A stretch of DNA of 55,442 bases, filler included, from Catajapyx aquilonaris (taxonomy: Eukaryota): the NCBI GenBank assembly GCA_000934665.2. It is 2 parts of 2 records of this genome, joined end to end, with 100 filler letters (N's around TTAATTAATTAA, not from the genome) between each part and the next. Parts side by side here need not be neighbours in the genome. Positions count along the whole stretch, not along the records: positions 1 to 27,669 come from JYFJ02005019.1; 1 more part is not named here. One strand, written 5' to 3'. The notes under the pieces are model-generated. The model had not been told where the DNA came from and ran no database searches. It was given only the letters and a program-made list of their open reading frames with translations. Shown one piece after another: positions 1 to 13,954 of this stretch (within the stretch, counting starts at the first letter, position 1; each line of letters opens with the position of its first letter). The position numbers and the translations under genes were made by a program.

Positions 1-750
1 ATCTCTGCACAGCAATCACCGAATCCCACACCTCATACATGCAGCAATAATCTGAGCTCGCTCCGGAACAGTCAGACGGTCGGCCATCTTTTTTTCCCAT
101 GCGTGTGCTGCCTCTCTCGGCCACTGACCACACCTCCGAAGCGCGAATTATGGAATCCTATTTCGTGACGTGTATGTACACGTTATTTTCATTATCTTCG
201 CATTAAAACTATAGAAGTTACAGCCATTTCCCAGTGCCTACTTACTTCCCACCCACCCTGTAGTTTTACTATTACATATTTTTCCAGCTTACAGCTGGTA
301 TAAACATGTCTTGAGGCTTATATATGCAATAGCAAATGAAAAAAGCCTCTGATTCACTTTACGATGGTGGTCTGGAACTGAACCTCCCTATTAGCAAGGT
401 GTGCCTGCATTAGTAATTCTACCTTGGATCATTTCATTAGTCAAAGTTTCTTAACCGCCAGCATGATACCAATGGCCACATAAATACAAGGTTATTCACA
501 ATGATTCATCTCATTTCAAATGAGCACAATTCCATACCTGTCAGTAGTGTCAGGCATACACCAAATGAAAACGGGGAAACAAGAGTCATTGCATGGTGGC
601 TCTTCTGTCACTGTGGTTCTTGCCCAAGACATACTCACTGAATGTACTCAAGCTTACAAAGCAACTAACTATAATAGAAAGGGCACAGTTTTCAATAATT
701 TACCCAGCTTGGTTGAATAGCTTCATACTATTTTTAAAGATAACATAATG

Positions 751-1002
751 ATGAAGACCTTGGGGGAAGAATGATCAAGGTCCACCTCAGGTGAAACTGA
801 GATATTCAAATTTTAAATTTCAAAGGCCGATATAGTTCCATTGTAAATCCCACTTTTGGGGCCTTCCATAGTGACCTATGATCATTACTCCACAACCACG
901 ACCAAACCATCATATTCTACACTAGTGAAAGTATCTTCTGAGATGTGTAACTCATTTTTGACAAAAAGTGGACCTCAATCATTCTTCCCCCGAGGTCTTC
1001 AT
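751..1002. mobile_element. MITE, copy 1 of a family also at 39873-40124
   Basis: Inverted termini ATGAAGACCTTGGGGGAAGA / TTCTTCCCCCGAGGTCTTCAT; a near-identical full-length copy lies at 39873-40124. Confidence 0.8.
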
Positions 1003-2373
1003 ATTATCGGTTTGATTACCAATGCCAAGGTACTATATTCCTCAAAAATATGTGACGATTTTGCATTACAGGGAAACTCACTCCTGTTGATGTTAGAAAT
1101 CAAATTAGGCCATGGTCACATGTGAAACAAATATCTTGCAATGTCTCCTGCAACAAAATCTCCCATTTGAAAAAACCGTGGCCCATTTTGCACGACTACT
1201 TACAACAAATCTCCTGAAATTAGAACAGGTGCTATTTTCGTGAGACTTTTAGGCCCCGCCCCCCACTTCACCGCCCAAATCCCATGCTTCCACTGCACAA
1301 AATTTGTTGTGGGCAGTTGCAGCTTGTCTCGCATGATGTCATAGGTCTGTTGGATGAGATTTGTTTTCATGTGTGACCAGAGCCTCTGGTCCACTGCTTT
1401 AATGTGCTGCCATCACTGGGTAATTTTTCTCTGACTATTCTGAGTATGGTTTAATGTTCCATGAAATACTGGCTTCATATTTGTTATGACTGAAACCAAA
1501 TGTAGTTAAAGGTTACACCCATCCAAAGCATCAGGATTCATCGTTATGTATACTGTATCCACAACCTAGTCAGCCTAGAGTTGATTGCCTCACTTTCATA
1601 TCAGTCATGTACAATGAGTTAAATTGGAACATGAAAGAAGGTAAAATAAATTCCACTAATTCTTCAAGAGCAGCTCCTTAGGTCAGAGGAAATATGTTAT
1701 CTTCCTTTTTATGGGCAAAGCAAAGTACTCTACAAAGGTTATAAATTTTCCTTTTACTGTATACCTGTCAAAAGCATAACACCTCATTTTCAGTGGTCAT
1801 GATTAAACCAATTTGGCACAATCTTTTATCTGGAGATAAAAAATCCAGAAACATGAATATCTGATTCTTTGTCAGACATATTGGTGCAAGAAACATGTCA
1901 CAAGTCCTTTTAAAAAACCAACTGTAAATTCACTTGATACTTTACACTCCAAGGGAGGTCAACATTTCCAATTTCAATGATTACCTTGACAGCTATAAGT
2001 TCTAGGTCATTTGCCTCACACACAGGTTGTAGCAATAATTCAGACTAATATAGGCATATCAGTATTGCCATCAATATCCAAAGCAAAAGTAAATAAATAA
2101 AAGCAAACATAACCCTCCATCTAAATATCCTGCAACATATCCAGCTACTTTGATAAATTTTCATGACTGGTTTTAACCATTTAAAGCATAGAAATTTGTG
2201 CCCATGTGTGTGAATTATGATATCATCAGGCATAACAAGAACACTTAAACGTGTGGCCATATGAAATTACTGCCCACAAAATATCAATAAGGTGGCCATC
2301 TGAACAAGAGGGTACCAGGCAGCACTGCTGTTCAAAACGTTATAAAGCATGGCTCTGAGATTTGCAGCAAGTA

Positions 2374-2682
2374 CAGTACAACCCCAATTATCTGACACCC
2401 ACGGGACCTGGACATGGTCGGATTTTAAAGACAAGGTCTGATGATCCGAAGAGCAAAGGAAACTTCAATGAAACACAACAAAAAACATAAAAGCATGAAA
2501 TAATGTACAATATCATGTTAAGTATTTATCTTTTACATACACACTCTACTGTTTAAAATTTAAGGCAATGCAAAACAAATGCTTAGAAGACCCACATTAC
2601 AGTATTTGATGAGAAAACAGTCATTTATTGCTGGAGCGGGACGGTTAGATAAACGAGGAGTCGGCTAATCGGGGTTCTACTG
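2374..2682. mobile_element. pogo/Tigger-like MITE
   Basis: TA|CAGTACAACCCCAATTA ... TAATCGGGGTTCTACTG|TA termini with TA duplication. Confidence 0.65.
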
Positions 2683-4352
2683 TAACATAAATTATAGTGA
2701 TTTGTAACAGCATGACAGTTCCTAAACCAATTGGTGTGGCTTACAAGAAAGTAACAATTTAAATCCTCAGTTTTGCAAATAAAATATTACCATGAAACCC
2801 AATATTCTCAATAATGTATACTTAAGCCACATATTTGGGATTAGATGTAATAAAGAGCAGTTCTCTAGGCGCATTTTGGTAATAGTGGCAATTATAATAC
2901 CTCATGTGAATTTGGGGGGCTGCACCAGAGTGGACACATATTTGAAGTATGTTATTCCTGTTTACTAATTGTTATCAGCAACTACATCCACTAAACCGGA
3001 GATTTTTATTATTCAACCTGACGCAGCCCTTGACCACACTGTTGTCTTCTAAATGCTCAAATTTACGCTTGTCAGATGGCCAGCCGTATTGCCTAACCTT
3101 CTGCAGACAAATTTTTTTTCATCGTAGATCATTAACTCTAAAATCTGTCGTACATAAGATATTTTGATGCTTCATTGTTACAGGAGGCATTGGATTCACA
3201 GGTGTACATTTTCCTGACAGCCTAAACGTATAATTTTGACACTAACATTTTCCAACATGACAGTAAACAAACCAGGAGAATATAACGGGTCCTAGGTTGT
3301 ACTTGTAATTTTCAGCATTTTGCAAGAAATTTGATTTTGTGGACATCAGTGTTGCTGGCAACACTCATATAATCAAAACATGACAATATTTTTGAAAAAA
3401 CTGATGTGCAAGAAAATCTTATGTGAGAATAATATCAGTAGAGGAAGCAAATGCTCTACACCTTCAGCATTTTGAATTACTGCATTGGAAAATCAAATCA
3501 ATGCCATAGATCTGGCAATATGGTGCATTGAAAACCTGCCATTGTTAAAACACTATGCCTTGGCAGTGCTGCTATATTAGAAGTGTGCGCCAGGCCATAA
3601 AGAACTATCATGTAAGTTTGGCAAGCCTTCTTTCTGCCCTGTCATAATGCTTTTTATTTCTCCTACCCAACTACACATGAAGAATGCCAGTTAATTAATT
3701 GCCAAACACTGCCCCCTTGCCACTAATTGGAGTGCAATGTCTGAACCTTTTAACTTGCGCAGTCCCCACCCAACTACTATTGTAAGCTAGGTTGCCTTCT
3801 CATGTTAGCAATATGCATATCAGATGTGGTACATTTGACCTCAAATTTTCCAAGATGGCTACTGGACGTTAGATCTAAAATACTGCTTGAGGTGTAAAAA
3901 TGCACCCCACTGTGTAATGTAATATTCATTATTCTAGGAATCTGTTACGAGTCATTAGACTGTGTTTAACTGGAGCATAACAATGGTTCAATCACATCAA
4001 TAGCGTCTAACACTCCTCAGGATTATCCCAAAATTAAATAAGCCAGACTTCTTAAACCCCAGTTGCACAAGTTTCCTGTTAAATGACACGTTATAAATCA
4101 GGCAGTAGCTGTGCTCATTCCCACGTAGGCGACTTGCACACCTCCCACCCGAAGGTTTAAAGTAAGCTTATGCTTAATTTTGGATCGCCCCTCTTGACTC
4201 GCCCTGTACACCGTGCCAACAAGGAGGAACCAAATTTTAGTAGCCCACAATACTTTTAATCACAAGCATACACTGCGCTGTCATCGCCACACTGTGACCA
4301 GGCAGTCATCTTCCTCAATGACCCATAACATGGTTTGAACCCATGTTTTTAC

Positions 4353-4622
4353 CTGATGTAGAGCAGTGAGACCGTCGACATTGGCGGTGTCGATATCAGC
4401 GTTCTTGTCTAGCAGTCTCTTGACCTCCTCCTTGTCACCTTGTGCGCATGCAGCCAGAAAGACGCAGCTGTCCGAGAACTTAATCCTCTTCCGTCCCGCA
4501 GCCCCGGCACTGACCACACGGTTGACGCTCTCCCTGTTGGTCTCCGACTCCTCCCAGCGCCTCAACTGCTCCGCTCGCTTGAACAGGGCAGATGTGGACC
4601 GGGTCTCTAGGGTCAGAGCCAT
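4353..4622 (-). CDS. Mbs: Protein phosphatase 1 regulatory subunit 12 (myosin binding subunit/MYPT1), first coding exon; rest of gene lies left of the window
   Basis: MALTLETRSTSALFKRAEQLRRW (MyPhoNE motif RxxQLxxW), RKRIKF (RVxF-type PP1 docking), ankyrin repeat FLAACAQGDKEEVKRLLDKNADIDTANVDGLTALHQ; ends at phase-0 donor CAG|GTAAAA. Confidence 0.93.
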
Positions 4623-5539
4623 ACTGAATGGACGGGTGGGGTCAGGGAAGAAGGGCTGTCTCACGAGAAGGATGGTGCACTACCCGGACGCCATGTACAC
4701 GGTCATCCACATTGACGTCACGCGCCCCAAGGAATTACACGGGCACTGACTAAACCCGTAAACCCTAGGAAGGCCCGGGCGAAGGGAAGGAGCCAAGGAG
4801 GGCGAGCCAAATGCGGAACACTCGCACTCTGTCTGCATACTCCTGACAGTCACCACTGGTGGGCGTAGGCTGTACCAGAGCGAGCCTACGCACCCATGAT
4901 GGCTGGAAAGAGGCTCGCGACATCTCTCGGTGGGAGATACAAGCGATGTGGGCTCCAGCCGGCACCCGCCTGATTCAGTTTTTGACATACCTGGAATCCT
5001 TGAATCGCCTTGAATCATAATATACTTAACTTTTATGAATATATAACTAAATTTCTGTTCGTGTCATGGAGTTTCGTAATGTGACATTTGACCTCAGCTT
5101 TAACTTCGATTTGAAAATTATTGATGTGCCACATCCAAGGCCAGGTCATGTTCTACAGGTGACTGCCAAACAAGATGGGAAGGAAATAAATAAATAAATA
5201 AAAATCTTAACAGCATATGTCTGAAGTAAACAGGTGAGACATAATATGATGCATCTGGAGAAATGACTCACCTCTTGTGACGGATATTGTTTTGGCTGCC
5301 TTCTGTTGACATATGTGGGCTCCTGCGTGGGCGGGTTGTGTTGATCCTTGGGGTAGTGTGTTCTGAGTTCAGCGTGAGTTTGAAAGTGTCAGGAGCTACA
5401 TGGTCCTTTGGCGAGTGAACATTGCATTATTAGGCCATATAATTATATCGTAAGTGCAGTACCTGCATTGCACATTAATTTTTAGTATGTGATTTACTCT
5501 GTCGTAAATTTGGTAAACAGACCCGGTTCACTTTTGTTT

Positions 5540-6070
5540 GTCAGATTCGTCATCATTACCAACTGCATGACTCATCATGATCGTGCTCATGATACTGAAA
5601 TTGCAGTCAATCTCTTCACAAAGAAATATGCTGAGAAATAGCCAGACGCGAATCATGTTCCCTACTTCTCCTCTGGGGCTGTTTCGCAGTACGGTAGCTT
5701 AAAGTTTACAGAATCACAATAATTTCCTCCACTTAGCATATCATTTCAAATGTTGGCAGATTGGCACTTTTTCGCTACAAGCCACGGTAAATGGCCATGC
5801 GATGGACTGGGAAGCACAGTAAAGAGACTTGAAGCGATGGCCAGCATGCAAATACCCCAGCATAATATCATCAACTCAGAGTCAGAGCAGCTATAGGCCC
5901 TACTTGTATTTTATCGGGTAGAAGATGCCTTCAACAATGTCGTGTTCCAGTACGTAGCAAAAGAAATATTATTTAAAAAACAGGGGCACTATTGTAAGAC
6001 CGAATAGAAGCAGCCAGCCTTACCCGTGATTAATGTTGAAAAGTTACATTCATTTCAACCAGTGCAGTGT
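5540..6070 (+). mobile_element. Degenerate DNA-transposase relic (Sola-like)
   Basis: Broken frames give YFSSGAVSQY (~5662) and WHFFATSHGKWPCDGLGSTVKRL (~5762), resembling the SDG...QY / HGKxxCDG motifs I associate with Sola2-type transposases; frameshifted. Confidence 0.55.
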
Positions 6071-7001
6071 CAGGCTGTCGCCCTTTCACGATTGGTCGCG
6101 ATAAAGTGATTGTCCATCCGTGCAATCTTCCATCCCCGAACATGAAATCCTACACAATATTAAGCCAAGTCACATCATTTCATAATCCTATAGGAGTCTC
6201 AGTTTCAAAGCCTGTTTACTTCACACATGAGTCATCGGCTGGTTTATTTATTTATTTTTATTTAATTTCTCAGGTGATCAGGCGCGTACCTACAAGGGGG
6301 GGGGGGGGTTCGAAAAACCCCCCCCATGAGACGTCAGCCTAGAGGAGAGAAAGAAAATTATTACTGAAGTCCGGATTTTTATGCAAATGCCGAAAGACTT
6401 CGGTTGCTTTTGTGAAAAGATCTATCCATTTCATAAGTGCAGTATGTGGAAAATGTAGGTTTTATAGTGCCTAAATTTGCCTATTCCGTGGCTTTGCGTA
6501 CTATTTTGCCTATTCTCGCATTTTGCGCCTTTTCCTGCCTATTTGGCCTTTTTTGGTGATAGTTTTTGCACTTTTTTAAGCAATTTCGGGACTTTTTGTG
6601 CCTATTCCGAACCTATTCCTTCAGCCGGAGGCATGTTTGTTTCTTGCAGAGTATTGTTTGTGCTTCTGAAAGGACCAAAATTGTTCAGAAGTAATATGAA
6701 CATACGAATCATGTTTCCGTGACTTGTATGAGCCGAAAGGTGGTTCCAATCAAGAAAATTTAGAAAAATATTTGGTGACATTGGTAACATCTATACTATG
6801 CAAATGGAAACGCGCTGTAAGCAGTGTACAGTAGAGTCCAGAGCAATAAGTGATGCATGCTAGAACATAGTGTTTTTTGCCCAAGTTTTGTGATTTTCTG
6901 TCAAGTTTATCGTTGTTATTCGGTGTTTGCTCTGGTTTTTTGTGCTTATTTGAGGTTTTTTCGGGCCTAAAAATTATTCGGACTCTAGTTATACCCTATC
7001 C

Positions 7002-7245
7002 CAGTGACGTAGCCAGGGGGAATTCTTGTGGACTTTTTTTAAAAATATCATGTTTTCAAATTACTAATTCATGATTTGCTTTGGAAAAAGTGCTACCAAT
7101 TTCATCAAATACACACGCATTCAAATCTCCCACATTCACCTAAGCTCGGGTGACCTTGAACCCCCCCCCCAGTTCGCCTGCGGCCGGCCTCCTCCCCGCC
7201 CTTTTCAGTTTATGCCTCGTACCCCCCNTCCTGGCTACGTCACTG
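7002..7245. mobile_element. hAT-type MITE
   Basis: TIRs CAGTGACGTAGCCAGG / CCTGGCTACGTCACTG flanked by perfect 8-bp TSD CCCTATCC. Confidence 0.85.
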
Positions 7246-7788
7246 CCCTATCCGTAATGAAAAGTAATGCTTTGGTCACTTTCTGCGTTACATTGATTAC
7301 TCTCGTGGCGGATGTCCTCAGTCCTCATTCCAGAATAACGCGTGTGCTTAGCTGGTCCGCTATCCCCGGATGTAGAGTCCGTCCGAATTACCAGGATGTG
7401 GAGCGTTGTACCGAATCGCATCCGGGGGAAGTCTCTGAACCGTTTTGAACCTACCTATATTGTCAACTACCATCAGCCCCCGTTTGCAGATCCACCGCAC
7501 CAGCCACCCGAATGCTACAAACCTATTCTGACACAGTGAATGTACCGTAAGTATTTTTTAAATAAATAAATAAAAATAATTAATAAATAAGGTATAACCG
7601 CTTAAATTAAGTACCTTACTGATGAAACCACGTGATGAAACTGGCTCTGATTGGTCCATTGGCCGCAAGTCCCGGATGGATAAAACGGCGTCCTCGGAGG
7701 TGATGCTACGGGGTCGCCAGATGCTGAGCAGGGATTAGTGCCGCGTCCACTGTCCGCAGCTGTCTTCTATCCTTGGCTTTGGCTAGAA

Positions 7789-8034
7789 ATGGCCTCACCA
7801 AACCGCGATGATTTGAATTGCAAGCAGCAGGATGTATCCGAAGATGGTCGGGCCAACAATGGGAGTGCTCTGGACGAAGGACCCGATAAGGACGTCGAGA
7901 CACCGACATCCCCAATTTCAAGTTGCGGCAACATGGACGCTGAAATGGTGGACAAGTCTGATGAAGGGGGGGAGGAGGAGAGTAACGTGGAGGTAACGTG
8001 GAACTCGTCATCCATTGGTGTACCTAAAATTTTG
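7789..8034 (+). CDS. FBXW7/archipelago-like gene, exon 1 (acidic N-terminus)
   Basis: GC-rich ORF MASPNRDDLNCKQQDVSEDG...EEESNVEVTWNSSSIGVPKIL; phase-0 donor TTG|GTTAGT (alternative phase-0 donor GAG|GTAACG at 7992); phase-compatible with the exon at 11756. Confidence 0.6.
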
Positions 8035-9474
8035 GTTAGTGCAACTTTCTTATTCATGTAACAGTTGCAGAGACCTGAATATCCAATATATTACATTGTG
8101 AAACTCGTAGCTAATCAGCATACCGTACCATCATCTTCCACTTTCAGCCAGCAAAGTCACAGGCATCTGTGCTGACATCATTTCCAAAAAGGTCTCTTCT
8201 AGGATTGAGTTTGTGGTGTAGCGTATGATGACAATTTTTTGTGCAATAAATTTTGCTAATAATCTATGATAAAGTGACATTCTATTTTTTAAATATTTGT
8301 TGTCCGAGTAGTTTAAAAATATGGGGTGGAATTTTTGTCTCACTGCGATATAGTTATTACTGGTAACTTAGCAGTAACCATTCCCAACACTGGTACTACT
8401 AAGTTAGCAGTAACTAGCAGTTGGACGAAAATTCCACCCATGGCCTTGAAAATGGCAACATTTCAATATTTTTCATGTTTAAAATGGCCTCTAGAGGAAT
8501 AACCACTTCATGATTGTGTGCATGATTCCCCAGTGTAATACCCTATTATTCAGGTCTTGCCACATTGTGCCACCAACACCGACTGAGCGGATATTAATTT
8601 TTACATAGCCTATAAGTTTTAGTGAATGTATTGTGTGTGACCCAAGTTATTAGTGGGGTGAGAACAACTGGGTTCCATCTGCATTAAACTACTTTTTTCC
8701 AGAAATAGGAAGTTACTAGTGCAATATACTAGGAACTAACTATTAAATTCTGGTGATAATTTAAATTTACAGTTCTAGATTCAGTAGCACTTTGGAGAAA
8801 AATTGTCATGACATTCAAGTTGCAATCTTTTTAATTATCAAAATGTCAATTTGCAGATAGAACCTTGTTGCACCCAAAATCATATATAACAAGCAGTGAG
8901 TTATGTTGTGCAGATGGAACTTTGTTGTTCCATATGCATGATAAAAAATTAATTATTCCATATAATTCCTCACATAAGTCACATCTGTCTCTTTTTGGTG
9001 ATACAAAGCACAAATTAAATTATGTGTTAAAAATATGTCTGCACATATAGAAAGTTTTGCAGGTTGCAAAAAAATTGTCATTCTTACATCTTACATCTTT
9101 CTTACTACTTTGAGTACATTTCGGTTATAGATAACTGCTGATAAATGTATTCTCTTTTGGTATCTGAGAGGCAATAATGAGTCTCAGCTTTTGGAAAACT
9201 ATTGATATGATCCCTTACCGCTTAACCCTTGCTTGATCTCATTGGAAATTCGAGCAATTGACTTCTTTCCTCTCTTATCTGAAGAGTGTTTGTGTGAGGG
9301 TCTTATTTCTTGTGAACATTATGCACTGTTTTCTGGCTAACTGATAGTGTTGCCAAGTACAACAGTTTGCATACTTTGATCCTTTTCTGCCCTACATTTA
9401 GGAAGTACTTGAAAGATAACATTCTTTTCCCTCCACTCTCATGTGTGTGGGCTGTGTGCCTTTTTTTGGGGGGG

Positions 9475-9477
<3 letters not shown>

Positions 9478-9526
<49 letters not shown>
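9478..9526. repeat. (GA)n microsatellite
   Basis: Perfect GA run. Confidence 0.95.
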
Positions 9527-9529
<3 letters not shown>

Positions 9530-10319
9530 GGACACAATTTGTATTGACTATTTTGATATAACCCATAAAATGCTCTGAAAATGGCCTATCTTTGTTCATA
9601 TGTTACCTTCTGATCACAGTGAAACCTGCAGCAATTAATCACATGCTTCTGCAGTTAGGACCTTGTTGTTCTGACTGGATAAGATCTGTGCAGATGGAAC
9701 TAAGTTGCACAGTCATTTCCACCATCAATTTTAGAGATCTAGGGATAAATTTCTGGAGAATATAGATCATTGCATATAGAACTATGTTGTACCAATAACT
9801 CATTTTTGGTGAAATTGTCAGATGGAACCCTGTTGTTCTCACCCCACGAATTGTCCATGGACTACCATTGCCATGAGAACTAATATTATTATTTTGGCAG
9901 GTTTTCAGCACCATGTGTAGCCATTGTAAATAGGAAAATATTGCAATTTTGCAACTTTTATGGCTGTAATTATTTTACCTACCCAGAGAACAAATACTGT
10001 ATTACCTCTCATAAAGTGGCATACCAGTATAACTTGGGGTTGGCCGGCATCCCACAATAACAGCGGTAGATTTCCGTAATTTTTATCCTTGCCAAATTTT
10101 TTGGAGTGCTTCTGGTACCGTACTAAAATAATGTTACAATGAAATGGGCGAGTGTACAGGCTGTGAGCATATACAAGTTCTGTTGCACAGTGCACATAAA
10201 AAATGTAGAGTGTGTGACCAATCCCAACATTGTCAGCCTGCTTTTATTTGACAGGGGAACCTTGCTCCAACGTACTATTTAAATAGAGATTATTGCCAGA
10301 CACTGCAATTGAAAACAAT

Positions 10320-10428
10320 GGGTGGAATTTTCGTCGTACTACCAGTTACTTTTAACTTAGCAGTACCATTACGTTACATTGGAATGGCTAAGTTAAAAGT
10401 AATTAGTAGTACGACGAAAATTCCACCC
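10320..10428. mobile_element. Small PIF/Harbinger-like MITE (relatives at ~8324-8440 and ~35768-35897), nested in an older TIR element (~9995-10657)
   Basis: TIR GGGTGGAATTTTCGTC / GACGAAAATTCCACCC with 3-bp TSD AAT. Confidence 0.7.
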
Positions 10429-11593
10429 AATACTGTATATGGTATATGGGTGCCCTATATTCGGGAAATGTGCCTTTTCAATAGCCTTTAGTGATTTTCG
10501 ATTTTCAGGCAAATGCCAAGTTCTGAAAGGAAAATGTAACTTATGTGAAAACCTCTGCTTATACTGGCATGCCGGTATAGCCACCAGATCATGCATTTCT
10601 AAAAATTGGTCCACCTGGACTACACCGGCATGCCTCTTTATGAGAGGTAATATGGTATTTAAAAACTGACTGTCACTTCCTCATATAATATATTATTAGC
10701 AACAAATTACACTAAAAATTAGCACCATGGGCCTACCACAGAATATTAATTCTGGCGTCCTTTTGCACCTTTCAAGATTTATGGGAGGAGAGCAAATAGT
10801 GCCTTCGCAGACACTAATCTCACTACACTATTCTTACACCCTGCATTTTGTGTAATTATTAGGGAATATTTACCAAATATTTACTGTACATACTGGAGAA
10901 TTATTTGCATGCCTATATCAAGGCTGATTAAAAGAAAGAACTGTCTAGTCACATCTGAGAACCACCACCCTCAGTGGGGAACAGATGATTTTCTTCCAAG
11001 TTATGCTAGCTGATGGGAAATAATAGTTTTTGTTCTAGTTAGTGTTGGTTTAACTGACACTTCATTGCAATACCAGCAGTGTAACAATTTAGAGGTGAAC
11101 AAATTCCATAGACGCATTCCCCTCATGCTCCTCTTTCATCTGATGTATATGTTTATTGGGGTTTGACCACTTCTACTAACCAAAAAAATTACACAGGCCT
11201 GCGATAAATTTTTTTTCTTCAAAGTGAGAGGTGTTTCTTATGTGTTTTTTAATGCTGATTTCGGGAAAAATACGCAAAATCTTCTATCACCCACAGTTTT
11301 TGAGATATATCGTTTTAAAACTTTGAACGATTTATTAGTAGGGGTCTTTCCGAATCATGTGGGCCTAAATGTGGCTAGACCGTCTCGGATCTTGGTCAAA
11401 ATAATCGCAGATGTACTCAACTATTCGTTAATGCTGCTTATAAAATACCATAGCAACGACATTGCACTGCACCTTGCACGTCCCCTCCCGGTCACCCTGC
11501 CGCTTCATAAAAAGGTTCTGAACTTACAGATTGTACACAGGTTAATAAAGGTTCATGTGATATATCCCAAGAGAGGTGAAAGCACTACCTAGA

Positions 11594-11643
11594 TTATTGT
11601 TGTTGTTGTTGTTGTTGTTGTTATTGTTATTGTTATTGTTATT
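11594..11643. repeat. (TTG/TTA)n microsatellite
   Basis: Compound trinucleotide run. Confidence 0.9.
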
Positions 11644-11755
11644 CCTGCAATGAGTCAGAAAAACACTGTATATAAGTTAGCCTGATATTGTTCATACTTA
11701 AAATAATCAATGCCTTACATCACTAGCATTTCTAGCATTGCTTTCTAATTTTCAG

Positions 11756-11838
11756 GAGAAGAGAAAATCAGATTCTCATGCTGGTCATTCATCTGGTCAT
11801 CCTAGCAAGAGGCGCAACTTGGAGGAGTACCGGGAGAG
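11756..11838 (+). CDS. FBXW7/archipelago-like gene, exon 2
   Basis: Acceptor TTTCTAATTTTCAG|, EKRKSDSHAGHSSGHPSKRRNLEEYRE (basic KRK...KRR, like the FBXW7 KRKLD NLS region), donor AG|GTGAAT in phase 2. Confidence 0.65.
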
Positions 11839-12880
11839 GTGAATTTCAATGAGATATTGTAATCTACATTTACAGTACGTGGCTTTAAAAAGTTTCTGAA
11901 CAGTTCCTCATTCTAATGGCGTATAAACCTAAAATTCTATAATTTATTTTCAACTTTATACCATTGAATCCGTTGGGCTGTCAGGAATGTGTATTTGCCT
12001 TGTCATTGTCCAGGAATTCTTAATTCAGGATGGAAAACTCTCAGGAAGTGTATTTTCCCATTCCTCTGCATCTTGTTGATAAGTTTCTAGCAGTTCATCT
12101 ATCTGCATGCTTGAAACCAACATTCTGAAGATACTTTCAAATCATGTTATACAGGATGGCACTGGAGGGTTGGTTTTCTGAATTGTTTGCTTGTGTCATG
12201 TGGCATTTGGCTCCACTGCATCAGTGTAAACATTTGCTATAACATTTGCCATTAAACATTGATTTAATAGTGCTGCCATATCATCAGGTTTTGTTCATCT
12301 GCACTGAAAAAGCATTGCTAATCATCTGCTGACAACGAATGTTAGTGGAAGTGGATGTAAACATTTTTGACAACTTTGAGGAAGTAACATTGTGACACAA
12401 GTTATGCGTTGTTCCAAACTTTCATTTGTAGGCTTGTTCTTCTCTCTCCATTTGGAGTAGGTACCACATCAAATACCTTTGAATGAGAAATTGTTTTGGC
12501 CATTGGGGAACAGCGGCTAAATCCCCTCAATTCATCAACCCAGCAAAATGGCAGTGATACTTTGCATTACCAGGAAATAATCAGAAACCTATTTATATAT
12601 CTGTTGAAAAAGATTCACTTAATAAATTGAGAAGTGTATTGTTCAGACACTCCATGTGCATGCTCTCTTTTAAAGCCAATAATAATTATATTTCACAACT
12701 GTGAGGGTGGATCAAATGAAACGGACAAAAGTGAAATTATTTATTAACTGGTTGTTTGTGATGCTGTTGTATGGCACAATTCTCGTTTTTCATTTGATCA
12801 AGCTATGTAATTATTATGGTGTCACACCAATCCTACAGAGGTGCTCAGAAACTTTTTATATGCCCACTACATATGGAGTG

Positions 12881-13772
12881 CTCGGGAGGAAAACGTGATA
12901 ACTGCCAGTGAAAAATGCAAAAAGTTCTTGGCCTGATTTTTTCCGCAGAAACAAATGAAGCACAGGGGGTGTCCTGTGGGTAGGTGTGGAGTACCTTCAT
13001 GAGTATTTGTGAATATTTTCCCGCCTGTAGAGAGCACCAGTCGCTAATAGTCAGCCTGTGAGCCCACTCCCGCATGCCGGTTAACACGTTTTACTCCTGA
13101 GACGTTCAGTTCATACCAAAGCTACCTAGCGATGGAGTTGCAAGTCTCGCAGGACATTCTGGACTCCTCAAACGGTGACCCCAACTTCCTGAACACTGTA
13201 ATGACTGGTGACGAATCGTGGGTCGTATCCTGTTCAAGTTGTTATTCCGTCATTTTCGCGGGAAATGAAAATTCAACGGGTGCCGAGTACTCTCCGATTC
13301 ATGTAAGTCTGAACCTTTTTGGATATACATACGCCCGAGGGGGTGAGCGGCCGCAAAATTAGTCCCCGGTATCGCCGTCTTTCTCGAAGAAACAGTGCTG
13401 GTACATGTAATTCGAATGCCTAATTACAAGAGCTATTAGCTCTTGCTAATTATCATGCGGTAGTGGCAGAGCTACACAAACGGCACATTTTGTTGTGAAG
13501 AGCAGTGGGGGCCAGGCATGGGGGGCACTGCTTTCGGGCTTATGGATATTCAAAAAGGTTCTGACTTATGTGAATTGGAGAGTCCCCTCGGTCACTCACA
13601 GGCTGGCTGCCAGTGACTGACTCTCTCTTCAGGTGGTAAAAAATTCCTGAATACTCATGAAGGTACTCCCTACCAGAGGACACCTTCTGTGGTTCATTTG
13701 TTACCGCTGGAAAAAATCAGGCCGAGAACTTTTTCCATTTTTCACGGGCAGTTATCATGTTTTTCTCCTGAG
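12881..13772. mobile_element. Diverged foldback element (~185-bp arms) enclosing a mariner fragment and a second inverted repeat (~13289-13584)
   Basis: 12881-13065 is the reverse complement of ~13590-13772; internal ORF QDILDSSNGDPNFLNTVMTGDESWV carries the mariner TGDESW motif. Confidence 0.7.
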
Positions 13773-13954
13773 CCTTTCACATTATTGAAGCAGATCTGAC
13801 TGAGGTTCAGTTGTGTGAATTGGTACACATAATTTAATTATAATCAGTCACATCTTCTCTCTTTTTGTTTTACAATAAATCTAAGGGACCTAAATGACTT
13901 GATATGATATCTGTACCACCACTAATAGTTAAAACTTATATTGATCCTCCACAT

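Noticed and set aside
4366..4749. Antisense ORFs over Mbs exon 1 and over the FBXW7-like exon 1 (7706-8057)
   Set aside because: Shadow frames of GC-rich coding exons with no independent signal
7617..7650. CTGATGA...GAAAC hammerhead-ribozyme-like core
   Set aside because: The intervening sequence does not form a convincing stem II and no flanking stems were found
12020..12550. Minus-strand stretch with short acidic reading frames, considered as missing PEX19 exons
   Set aside because: No YPxWL, GxPP or CaaX motifs, and frames are interrupted by stops
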